From: a virus
Taxonomy: Duplodnaviria; Caudoviricetes
Virus record (IMG/VR): IMGVR_UViG_3300020045_010158
Coordinates: 1 to 40,778 of that record
Reading direction: 5' to 3' (one strand)
Length of the DNA stretch: 40,778 nucleotides
Every line of letters starts with the position of its first letter. The stretch's first letter is position 1. Positions 9,001 to 15,738 of this stretch are shown piece after piece. The notes under the pieces are model-generated. The model ran no database searches and had not been told where the DNA came from. It saw nothing but the letters and a program-made list of their open reading frames with translations. The translations under genes were made by a program, and so were the position numbers.

Positions 9001-10116
9001 TACCTCTATTGTGAAAGTGACGCTTCCGTTTATCGGTGGGGCTTATATAACGCCGCAGACGACACATCAGACACATTTAACGATAGTGCGCCTGTATTGG
9101 TTCGCTATGTTGAAATGGAACGAAGCGGTGGGACAACAACTGCGAAGATATACAGCGACGAAAATTACACAACATTATTAGACACGCTTACCGTATCAGG
9201 AAACTCGACAGCCTTCAGGTATGTCTATCCGTTTATTTCCTATAACGGCGGCGCAATTATTACAGACCTAAATTCCAACTGCCTTGGCGGTTGGTGGTTA
9301 AATGATAACGCCGCAAGCTCGACTGTGACCGATTCTTGTAGCTACGGCGAAACGGGAACGCTGAAAGCTAACGCAACGAGCATCAACACCTCGACAGTAA
9401 CAACGACTGGAAAACTAAATTCTGCTTTTACTTTTAACGGAACGACAAACGAGCGAAATGTTGATCTTGGCGACAACTTCGAGTTTAGCAGGACAACGCC
9501 TTTCTCTGTTGAGGCTTGGGTTAAGACTTCTGCGGCTTCTGAACAGTCGATTATATCAAAACTTGATTGCGGTTGCTCAGCCGGATGCCCAGGGTGGGCG
9601 TTTGAATTTACAAGCTCTGGTGCGCTTCAATTCCTTCTTATAAGCAACATATCTTCAAACTGGATGGGCGTTGCAACATCCACAACAGGATATAACGATA
9701 ACAACTGGAAGCATGTTGTTGTAACTTACGATGGTTCTAGCAATACTTCTGGCGTAACATTTTATGTGAACGGAAGCTCGTCTGCTAAAGGAACAGCTTA
9801 CGCAAACACACTAAGCAACGCAATTACATATACCAATTATTCAGCGTCTATCGGCGCAAGAACATCATGCTCAGATAGAAATACGGAATGGGATGGATTA
9901 TTAGATAATGTTCGGGTATTTGACAGGGTTCTATCTTCAAGCGAGGTGACAAGCCTTTATAACGCTGGAGCTGGCGTTGAAAGTATTAGTGGAATATCAA
10001 TGTCAGGAAGCGTTGAGAATTTGGATTTGGATGCTGGCAGCGGCGCACCAGCCAGCACGCCGTCAAATAAAGTCGGTGCGGGATGCTCTGCTTCTAGCGG
10101 GGCGGCGATAAGATAA
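6022..10116 (+). CDS. Secreted multidomain tailspike/adhesin: right-handed beta-helix, Cys-rich repeats and LamG; interrupted in frame by an antisense HNH element
   Basis: ATG 6022 overlaps the upstream stop (ATGA); signal ...VGNAEA|TT; second signal-like segment ...SSTVNA|TVFYVRTDG; beta-helix-like N/I ladders; CGNG..EQCDD...DGCS..C repeat; LamG motifs FSVEAWVK, WKHVVVTYDG, DGLLDNVRVFDRVLS. Confidence 0.75.
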   Translation: MINKLLTTTIFLLLLVGNAEATTYSFLILMPIFFASYFITYPTGVAKSKSKIFYFMKIFLCETFYFLANITHSFLISIIWLLSWMLQSQVCCLMWKKLQILNSIIIFNPINMVHNFFLGEVSTDRHFNNKTMFFYHIIFRFKRMAWRIYEDISIAVLSSPFKMPRLISFNKLTFRISHIYSFLFLCIITFYSSTVNATVFYVRTDGSNATNCDGETDAAYDGSGTGEACALNSPHWVFPSRGESTAKAAANGDTVIIKSGSYRVGCQDATDCRDSNVNLTQSAYCHPSWPYDCYMGVVPSNVTIVGCSLDGCADPSQRPEIWGAGQIGYIFNVSSSTGVTIKDIEITDHDDCGSGHPAYSCGGSDSSELSANDGIYTGGSVATRATNLLIDGVKIHGLRVRGIFGNYSGLTLRDSVVNYNAIAGMDSDSCYGAGTCPNAGTNTFQRSEIKFNGCVEDNPGYGTPKANGCYTQGQGGGYGDGLGAGATVGTWIFEDMDISHNTSDGLDLLYHDGSASITIERSRFEGNNGQAVKVPQTVYIEDSHIIGNCGYFYGQSFTCSSAVCGNAFDTCRASGNTLAISFKSGNSTNPRIYSSTLLSNGDVGIEASGTCTTGIDTLVKNSILLGGRQFRDDTGLFASGGNDTSSIYYDAGTDGNGANCNSDFVEDYNICYGWKEGSSSCNGTNSTDTVDPLFSGTIKQGPYSSPGYYTTSDYIDQLTLQAGSTARDKSDETLSDDDALDYNSYDRGAAWDAGAFEYGTVSGTAATCGNNVKESGEVCDGTDLNSQTCVTQGFTSGTLTCHANCLSFVTSSCVTTLCGNSNIDPNEDCDTANLNSQTCVSQGYASGTLACSSCAFDYTGCVALACGNGTIDAGEQCDDSNTTNSDGCSAICQTEVSGLEKLLLYTEGDSGSVLTPTTHKVTVNGSTISTNDYLRYDYGASYFGDFVHRFKTTIDECLGGGSGNGYTGSVWALTASARTGVEGLQSGNDGVYLYLYCESDASVYRWGLYNAADDTSDTFNDSAPVLVRYVEMERSGGTTTAKIYSDENYTTLLDTLTVSGNSTAFRYVYPFISYNGGAIITDLNSNCLGGWWLNDNAASSTVTDSCSYGETGTLKANATSINTSTVTTTGKLNSAFTFNGTTNERNVDLGDNFEFSRTTPFSVEAWVKTSAASEQSIISKLDCGCSAGCPGWAFEFTSSGALQFLLISNISSNWMGVATSTTGYNDNNWKHVVVTYDGSSNTSGVTFYVNGSSSAKGTAYANTLSNAITYTNYSASIGARTSCSDRNTEWDGLLDNVRVFDRVLSSSEVTSLYNAGAGVESISGISMSGSVENLDLDAGSGAPASTPSNKVGAGCSASSGAAIR
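6094..6555 (-). CDS. HNH homing endonuclease (HNH_3-type) with C-terminal CxxC...CxxC zinc ribbon
   Basis: EHRLIVE..IGRYL...EVVHHINGVKDDNRIENL motif; CNVC and CRVC; RBS GAAAGGA and promoter upstream. Confidence 0.9.
   Translation of the reverse strand: MRNSKGQFIKGNKPWHFKGRRKDSYGYILVYSPGHPFKSKNNMVKEHRLIVEMSIGRYLTKKEVVHHINGVKDDNRIENLQLLPHQATHLRLQHPRQKPYNTDKKRMCNVCKEIKSLTEENFHKVENLRFGFSYTCRVCNKIRCKENWHKNKK
6562..6608 (-). promoter_or_regulatory. Sigma70-type promoter and RBS of HNH #1
   Basis: Minus strand: TTGACG (6608-6603), 17-nt spacer, TATAAT (6585-6580); GAAAGGA (6568-6562) before ATG 6555. Confidence 0.85.
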
Positions 10117-10134
10117 GACAACTTGGAGAGATAT

Positions 10135-10452
10135 ATGAGTGACGGATTAACGCTAGAAAAATCAAAAGTTGTAGAAAGGCTTTCAAGTTTGGAGTCAAAG
10201 GTAGATGTCTTGGTGGAGCGTGTTGAGAATCATAAGAACAGCGTCGAAGAATCAAATAACCTAATGCGTGAGAATATTGAGAAGATTAACAAAATACTTC
10301 TCGGTGATGGGGGTGATTTTGACGGGGTTGTTCATCATGTTAAATTATTATCAAAGCATCACGAAGAAAAGAAAAAACATATTTGGGCTTTGTGGGCGGC
10401 GATGATTGCCGGAGCAGTCAGCACAATATTTAACTGGCTAACGAAACAATAA
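10135..10452 (+). CDS. Coiled-coil protein with C-terminal transmembrane helix (holin/XhlA-like)
   Basis: RBS GGAG before ATG 10135; coiled coil then IWALWAAMIAGAVSTIFNWL. Confidence 0.6.
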   Translation: MSDGLTLEKSKVVERLSSLESKVDVLVERVENHKNSVEESNNLMRENIEKINKILLGDGGDFDGVVHHVKLLSKHHEEKKKHIWALWAAMIAGAVSTIFNWLTKQ

Positions 10453-10500
10453 ACATTTCTTATGAAAAGTTTTATTCTAAACTGAAAAATGGGGGATAAT

Positions 10501-10755
10501 ATGGTTGAAAAGATTGGTAGGATCATTGATAAAGTATTGAGCGCAAGATTTCTTATCACCGTCGCAATAGGGTATACATTCTGTTTCATTGTTATTGGGG
10601 CAACAATAAATCTTTTGTCCGGGCATTCGTCAATCGAGCAGTTTAAGAGCATCTTGGAGGCAGTTGGTTTCTCTAGCATTGTCGGCATGGTTATTCCGTT
10701 CTACTTTTTAAGAAATGACAGGCAACAACAAAAGGAAGGGGTTACTAATGGTTAA
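10501..10755 (+). CDS. Holin-like two-TM membrane protein
   Basis: Two hydrophobic segments and a charged C-terminal tail (RNDRQQQKE). Confidence 0.55.
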   Translation: MVEKIGRIIDKVLSARFLITVAIGYTFCFIVIGATINLLSGHSSIEQFKSILEAVGFSSIVGMVIPFYFLRNDRQQQKEGVTNG

Positions 10756-11023
10756 GATTTTTCAAGGTTTAATCAAGGCTTTCTTCTCAGCATTTATGCA
10801 AGCATTTTTAAATCTTCTCGTCGGTAAATTAAATCAGACTGTTTTACAGATTGTCAACGCGGTTGGTTCAAATGATGATTGGTCTGATGAAGCTAAACGG
10901 AAAGAAGCCTTTGCGCAGATTAAATTGATTGCCGCGAATGCCGGCATTGAATTGAAAGATAGTGTGCTAAATCTTGCGATTGAGATTGCTGTCAAGATTT
11001 GGAAAGGCGAAAGGACAATCTGA
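10748..11023 (+). CDS. Holin-like protein (LL-H-type appearance)
   Basis: RBS GGAAGGGG; amphipathic N-terminus; ...SDEAKRKEAF...LNLAIEIAV pattern. Confidence 0.5.
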   Translation: MVKIFQGLIKAFFSAFMQAFLNLLVGKLNQTVLQIVNAVGSNDDWSDEAKRKEAFAQIKLIAANAGIELKDSVLNLAIEIAVKIWKGERTI

Positions 11024-11223
11024 TGTCGTGGGGACAATTTCTTGGAAAATTGGCAAATCACTTTCAGAGCAGAGAAGAGAGGCGCAGGAATGAGATTGAT
11101 AAATTGGAAAAAAGACAAAAGTTTATTGAGCAAAACAAGCGCAATGATCTTGCTGGTGAGTATGAGCGCAATAAACTTAGGCTTAACGAGCTGTTCCAAC
11201 AAGCCAAAAATAGCGGAAGCTAA
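11023..11223 (+). CDS. Putative inner-membrane spanin (Rz-like)
   Basis: TGATG coupling; short N-terminal anchor and charged coiled coil; overlapped in another frame by a lipoprotein gene. Confidence 0.45.
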   Translation: MSWGQFLGKLANHFQSREERRRNEIDKLEKRQKFIEQNKRNDLAGEYERNKLRLNELFQQAKNSGS

Positions 11224-11314
11224 GATTCCGCGGCATGAGTTTGGCAATAGGGGCGAGTTGCCGAAGTATGTTCCCCAAAACTACGATTGGCATTGTGAGG
11301 CGATAAATGAGTGA
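11090..11314 (+). CDS. Putative outer-membrane spanin lipoprotein (Rz1-like)
   Basis: Lipobox LTSC after a hydrophobic stretch; overlapped arrangement typical of Rz/Rz1; start could be 11090 or 11144. Confidence 0.55.
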   Translation: MRLINWKKDKSLLSKTSAMILLVSMSAINLGLTSCSNKPKIAEAKIPRHEFGNRGELPKYVPQNYDWHCEAINE

Positions 11315-11792
11315 AATGACTATTGGTGTTCAGGCTGTTGTTGCGTTATTTGGTCTTGGTGTAACATCATTGTTTTACATGCTTGGTGGGAGGTCCGGGA
11401 AGTGGCGTCGCAGGTATGTGGGAGCTTTTGTTTTAGCTTTGACTGTTAATGGTTTATCTGCTTGGCGCGGGATATGGACGCCTTATATGCTTATTGTTTT
11501 TCCTTGCCTGATTGCCGGATTCTCTATGGGATATGGTGGAGATAATTTCGGGAAGAAACTATTTAGAAGGTCTCTTTACGCTCTTGGTGTTATATCTGCT
11601 GGTCTTGTTTTTTGCTTTACTCTTGGCGCAAATGCCTGGTGGATCTTAATTCCACATGCTGGGGTTGGCGCATTCTCAATATTTTTAGGTGTTAAGAATC
11701 CATTAAAGGATGCGGCAGCCGAGGAAGTTTTTGTTTGTGCGCTTCTAAATCTTGGCTTGCTGATGTATCCATTTTCCGCGGGGGTTGTCTGA
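11307..11792 (+). CDS. Polytopic membrane protein of unknown function
   Basis: Five to six hydrophobic segments separated by basic loops (KWRRR, KKLFRR). Confidence 0.7.
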   Translation: MSEMTIGVQAVVALFGLGVTSLFYMLGGRSGKWRRRYVGAFVLALTVNGLSAWRGIWTPYMLIVFPCLIAGFSMGYGGDNFGKKLFRRSLYALGVISAGLVFCFTLGANAWWILIPHAGVGAFSIFLGVKNPLKDAAAEEVFVCALLNLGLLMYPFSAGVV

Positions 11793-12469
11793 TGAAACAG
11801 TCTGAGTTATTATTCCGCTTAAAACTCCAAGTGCCAAATGTTAAAGAATCTGGGATGGTTGACTCTGAGGTTGTATCACTGTTAAATCAAGGGGTTGACC
11901 AAGTGAATTTGTTGGCAAAGGTTTACAAAGGATACACAGACATCAATATTGTAGCAAACCAGCAGGCGTATCAGTTATCCTCTGTTGCGCCAACATTCTT
12001 GGGAACGGATGACAAGCCTGTTTATTTTTTGGACAGCGATTCAAACTGGCAGAAGGTTTATCCAAAAACAAAAGAATGGATTAACAAAGTCTATCCGAAT
12101 TGGTTAAATGCTGCGGCTGTTGCTATTCCTCAGTGGTATTGGATTGAAGGTGATGAGCTTGGGTTTTATCCTAAGCCAAGCACAAGTCAAGCAAGCGGCG
12201 CGCGGCTCTTTCATTTAAAGAAGTCAACTGGGATGAGCAACAACGACCATTATCCATTTACTGGTTCCGGGACAGAGATAACGGCGTTTATTCCTTTGGA
12301 TGACGCGATTGTTGCCTATGCTAAGTGGAAACTTTCACCGGCTGTTGGTGCTGTGACTGACTCAGATTTGCGTGAGAGAGAGTTTCTAGCTGAATGCCGC
12401 AAAGGTGCAATGCAGGTTAGGCGAAGGCGTGATATTAACATTGACTGGACGAACTCAATGACAATATGA
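11792..12469 (+). CDS. Head-tail adaptor / tail tubular protein A-like
   Basis: Start at ATG 11792 (TGATG); LLNQG..., Y.L, P.WY...LGFYPKP and AIVAYA patterns; directly upstream of the nozzle-like gene; no signal peptide. Confidence 0.6.
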   Translation: MKQSELLFRLKLQVPNVKESGMVDSEVVSLLNQGVDQVNLLAKVYKGYTDINIVANQQAYQLSSVAPTFLGTDDKPVYFLDSDSNWQKVYPKTKEWINKVYPNWLNAAAVAIPQWYWIEGDELGFYPKPSTSQASGARLFHLKKSTGMSNNDHYPFTGSGTEITAFIPLDDAIVAYAKWKLSPAVGAVTDSDLREREFLAECRKGAMQVRRRRDINIDWTNSMTI

Positions 12470-14925
12470 AAAGAATCCTGTCTTTAATATTATTATTTAC
12501 ATTTTCATTAACAGGCATATCCGGCGCTCAAAATACTGTTGGGGCTATATCTCAGGACAACTTTTATGAGATAACGGATTTCTCCGGTGGTTTGCAAAGC
12601 CACGCTTCGCCATATCTTGTTCCTAAGAAATACGCTTCAGTCGCTCAAAATGTGCGATTTAATGATCGTCTTGGGAATCTGTCTAAACGCGATAAGATGG
12701 TTCAGCTTTCCGCTTGCCGTGAGGCTCCGGTAAAGTCTCTTTTCAGATATTATAAATCAGACGCAACAAAATACACAATCCAAACATCTTCGACTTATAT
12801 TGATTATGTTGACGATAACGGCGCATGCACAAACCTGCTAACTGGATTAAGTGACAGCAAACGATGGTCATGGCTGACATACAAGGATATTGCGATTGGA
12901 ACGAATGGAACAGATCGCCCTAAAAAATGGGATGGTGAGACACAAACAACCGCAAACACAGATGGTTCACGAACAGCCGGAGACTTAGCGGCTGAACTTG
13001 GCGCTCCATTTGCTGAAATGAATACCGGAAGCAATCTGGACGCCTCAAGCTGGTATCAATATAAAGTTGCTTTTTATGATGGGACAACATATAAATTTTC
13101 AAACGCGCGCAGCAATCCTCTGCAAACCGGCTCCTCAGTAAGAGACATAACTCTCACAGACATTCCTCTTGGACCCTCAGGCACCACCGCGCGCGTCATA
13201 TATCGAACAGTTGGCAATGCCTCAAGAGCTGCTGTTCTTGCGGACACAGCATATTATAAGGTTGCCACAATCAGCGACAACTCAACACGGACTTATAATG
13301 ATGCGATAACAGATGCAACGATATTGGCTGATGCGGCTCCGACTTGGGCAACTGTATCTGCTGGGATAAATGTTTCACCGCCATATGCTAAATTTTCCCT
13401 TATTTCTGGCGAACGCGTATTTATGGCAAATGATCCTTCTGGGACTATATCTGGGAAGTCAACAATCTATTGGTCGGACTCATTAAATCCAGATTATTTC
13501 AACACAGCCTCAAAGTATGAGGTTATCCGCCCGGATGATGGAGACCAGATTACTGTCTTAGCAACAATATTAGGCGGCATCTATATCGGAAAAGAAGGAA
13601 CTTGGACGAAGTTTTACACAGACTCAACAGATGATACCGAGTGGATTATCGGTTTGCCTTTCTCGTTTATCGGTTGCATAGCGCCATACAGCGCAGTTAA
13701 TACAAACGCCGGGCTTATCTATCTTGGCAGGCACGGACTTTATCTGTTAAATGGTCAAACATCGGAGCTTATTTCTGACGCTGTTACAGATAAGATTAGG
13801 GACATCCTTGCGACAAATCAGGATGAGGTTGCAGGGGTATATCATAACAATCAATACCTTATGGCTTATACAAGCTCTGAGACTGGTTCTGGTGAAAATG
13901 ACCGCGTTCTTATTCTTGATATTATCCGCAATGCGTATGCTGAAGACACAAAGAGTATTGACAGCTGGGCAAGGTTTGATAGCGGGACAGATTTTGGAAC
14001 TCTTTACAGCGGCTCAAGCACAACAGATGGCAAGGTATATGCTCATTCAGGGTCTTTCAGTGATTTAATTTACAGGTATAAAAGTCAATTCAATACTTCA
14101 GGCGCAACATATGATTCAATTTATATTGGTGGGACAGAAGAAGAGCCATATATCCGTCTTGGGTGGAGCGATACTTGGGAGACTGTAACAGGCACATGGG
14201 CAACTCAAGGAAGCGCAACTTGGCTCGTTAGCTCAGACACAGGATATTGGTATTCTCCGGCGATTGAAATTAACGCAAATTCCTTAGATAAGATATTTTG
14301 GAATGAAGACTTAGGCTCATCAGGGAACATAACATTTGCAATCAAAACAGCTGCTTCAGAAGGCGCTCTCTCATCAGCTTCTTGGTCAAGCGAGTTTAGT
14401 GATCCTTCGGGTTCAGATATTTCCGCACTATCTGCAAACGATTGGATTCAAATCCGTGCAACATTAACAACTTCTGATTATACAGAGACACCTGAGCTTT
14501 TTCTTGAAGATTCTTTTGTCTTCCACTTAACATATCAGAAGGAAGGAAGCGTATCTGAAAGCTCAGTTTTATCTTTATGGCAGAGCGGATTTACTGATTT
14601 CTCAGCTGGAGAAAATCCTAAGCGTATTAAAGAGATTCAGGTCTTTTATGAAGGCACCGAAGGGAACTTGAATGTTAATTACGAAAATGATCAGGGAGTA
14701 AGCCAGAATTTTGATATCAATTTGGCAACGCTTCCTTCTGCATCCCGGACAGACCAATATTATGGGAACACGACTGAAAAGATTTATGTTTGGATTCCGC
14801 GCGTAGATGATACGCCGGTTGGAAGAAAATGGCGTTTTACTGTTGCAGAGACTGGAACAACTCCTTGGAGAATCAATAGAATAGTTATCCGTTTTGATAA
14901 CAACGCGTATGTTACTTATAAATAA
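12466..14925 (+). CDS. Tail nozzle / stabilization protein (tubular protein B or P22 gp10-like) with N-terminal signal peptide
   Basis: DFSGGL...AQNVRF N-terminal motif; IYWS, GCIAPYS, LIYLGRHGLY, LISDAV propeller-like motifs; KRIKEI near the C-terminus; leader MKRILSLILLFTFSLTGISGA|Q. Confidence 0.7.
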   Translation: MKRILSLILLFTFSLTGISGAQNTVGAISQDNFYEITDFSGGLQSHASPYLVPKKYASVAQNVRFNDRLGNLSKRDKMVQLSACREAPVKSLFRYYKSDATKYTIQTSSTYIDYVDDNGACTNLLTGLSDSKRWSWLTYKDIAIGTNGTDRPKKWDGETQTTANTDGSRTAGDLAAELGAPFAEMNTGSNLDASSWYQYKVAFYDGTTYKFSNARSNPLQTGSSVRDITLTDIPLGPSGTTARVIYRTVGNASRAAVLADTAYYKVATISDNSTRTYNDAITDATILADAAPTWATVSAGINVSPPYAKFSLISGERVFMANDPSGTISGKSTIYWSDSLNPDYFNTASKYEVIRPDDGDQITVLATILGGIYIGKEGTWTKFYTDSTDDTEWIIGLPFSFIGCIAPYSAVNTNAGLIYLGRHGLYLLNGQTSELISDAVTDKIRDILATNQDEVAGVYHNNQYLMAYTSSETGSGENDRVLILDIIRNAYAEDTKSIDSWARFDSGTDFGTLYSGSSTTDGKVYAHSGSFSDLIYRYKSQFNTSGATYDSIYIGGTEEEPYIRLGWSDTWETVTGTWATQGSATWLVSSDTGYWYSPAIEINANSLDKIFWNEDLGSSGNITFAIKTAASEGALSSASWSSEFSDPSGSDISALSANDWIQIRATLTTSDYTETPELFLEDSFVFHLTYQKEGSVSESSVLSLWQSGFTDFSAGENPKRIKEIQVFYEGTEGNLNVNYENDQGVSQNFDINLATLPSASRTDQYYGNTTEKIYVWIPRVDDTPVGRKWRFTVAETGTTPWRINRIVIRFDNNAYVTYK

Positions 14926-15727
14926 AATAATTTTATTTGTGTTAATATTCTCAGCTCCGGTTTATGCTCAGGATGCAACGGATTACATTGTTGACACAAG
15001 CAAAGAAAGCATTGTCACGCTGAATGACAATCTCCGTCGGACTAGCAGAAGAATACGGCAGCTTGAGGGTGGGATAGCGCTAGATACAGGAACGACAGGA
15101 ATATTATCTGTTGAGCGGGGTGGGACAGGGCAAGACTTTTCAGAAGCCTCTTCTGATTCATTGCTTTATTTTGGCTCACAAGGCGTTCTTACAACAAGCG
15201 ATTCATCGGGCGGAGACTCGGAACTGTATCTAAACGGCGGATTTACATTCTCTGATCCTCAAGGGAAAAGCAATGTTATATTTCATTTCCCATCTAATAT
15301 TGATGAGAATCCGACAACTTATGGCAAAGGAACAATAACAACTTTGACCGGCGCTGTTACATATGAGTATAGCGGGGCGTATCAAGTCTATGCTGTCAAT
15401 GACGCGGTGACAACATACTCAACAGTTGCAAGGACGAAATTTAGGAAACTCTCAACAGTATCAACGCTTTCAGGGACAATGATGTTGTGGGTGAAAAACT
15501 CCGCTGGCGGAAGGTCTGGAACGGCTAGGGTGCGCGTTGATGGATCTTTAACCGGAGACACATCATCCGTTTCTTCGGTGACACCAACATCCGTATCGTG
15601 GTCTATTGATGTTTCCTCATTGACAGATGACCAAGAATATGACATTGAGATAATGTTAAAAGACGATGCAACTGGCGCAAACAATACAACAGTTTATCTT
15701 GCAGAGATTGTAGGATATGGAAGTTAA
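14909..15727 (+). CDS. Secreted tail needle/fibre-like protein
   Basis: Signal peptide MLLINKIILFVLIFSAPVYA|Q; short coiled coil; TGILSVERGGTG fibre repeat. Confidence 0.6.
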   Translation: MLLINKIILFVLIFSAPVYAQDATDYIVDTSKESIVTLNDNLRRTSRRIRQLEGGIALDTGTTGILSVERGGTGQDFSEASSDSLLYFGSQGVLTTSDSSGGDSELYLNGGFTFSDPQGKSNVIFHFPSNIDENPTTYGKGTITTLTGAVTYEYSGAYQVYAVNDAVTTYSTVARTKFRKLSTVSTLSGTMMLWVKNSAGGRSGTARVRVDGSLTGDTSSVSSVTPTSVSWSIDVSSLTDDQEYDIEIMLKDDATGANNTTVYLAEIVGYGS

Positions 15728-15738
15728 TTAAAAGGAGA

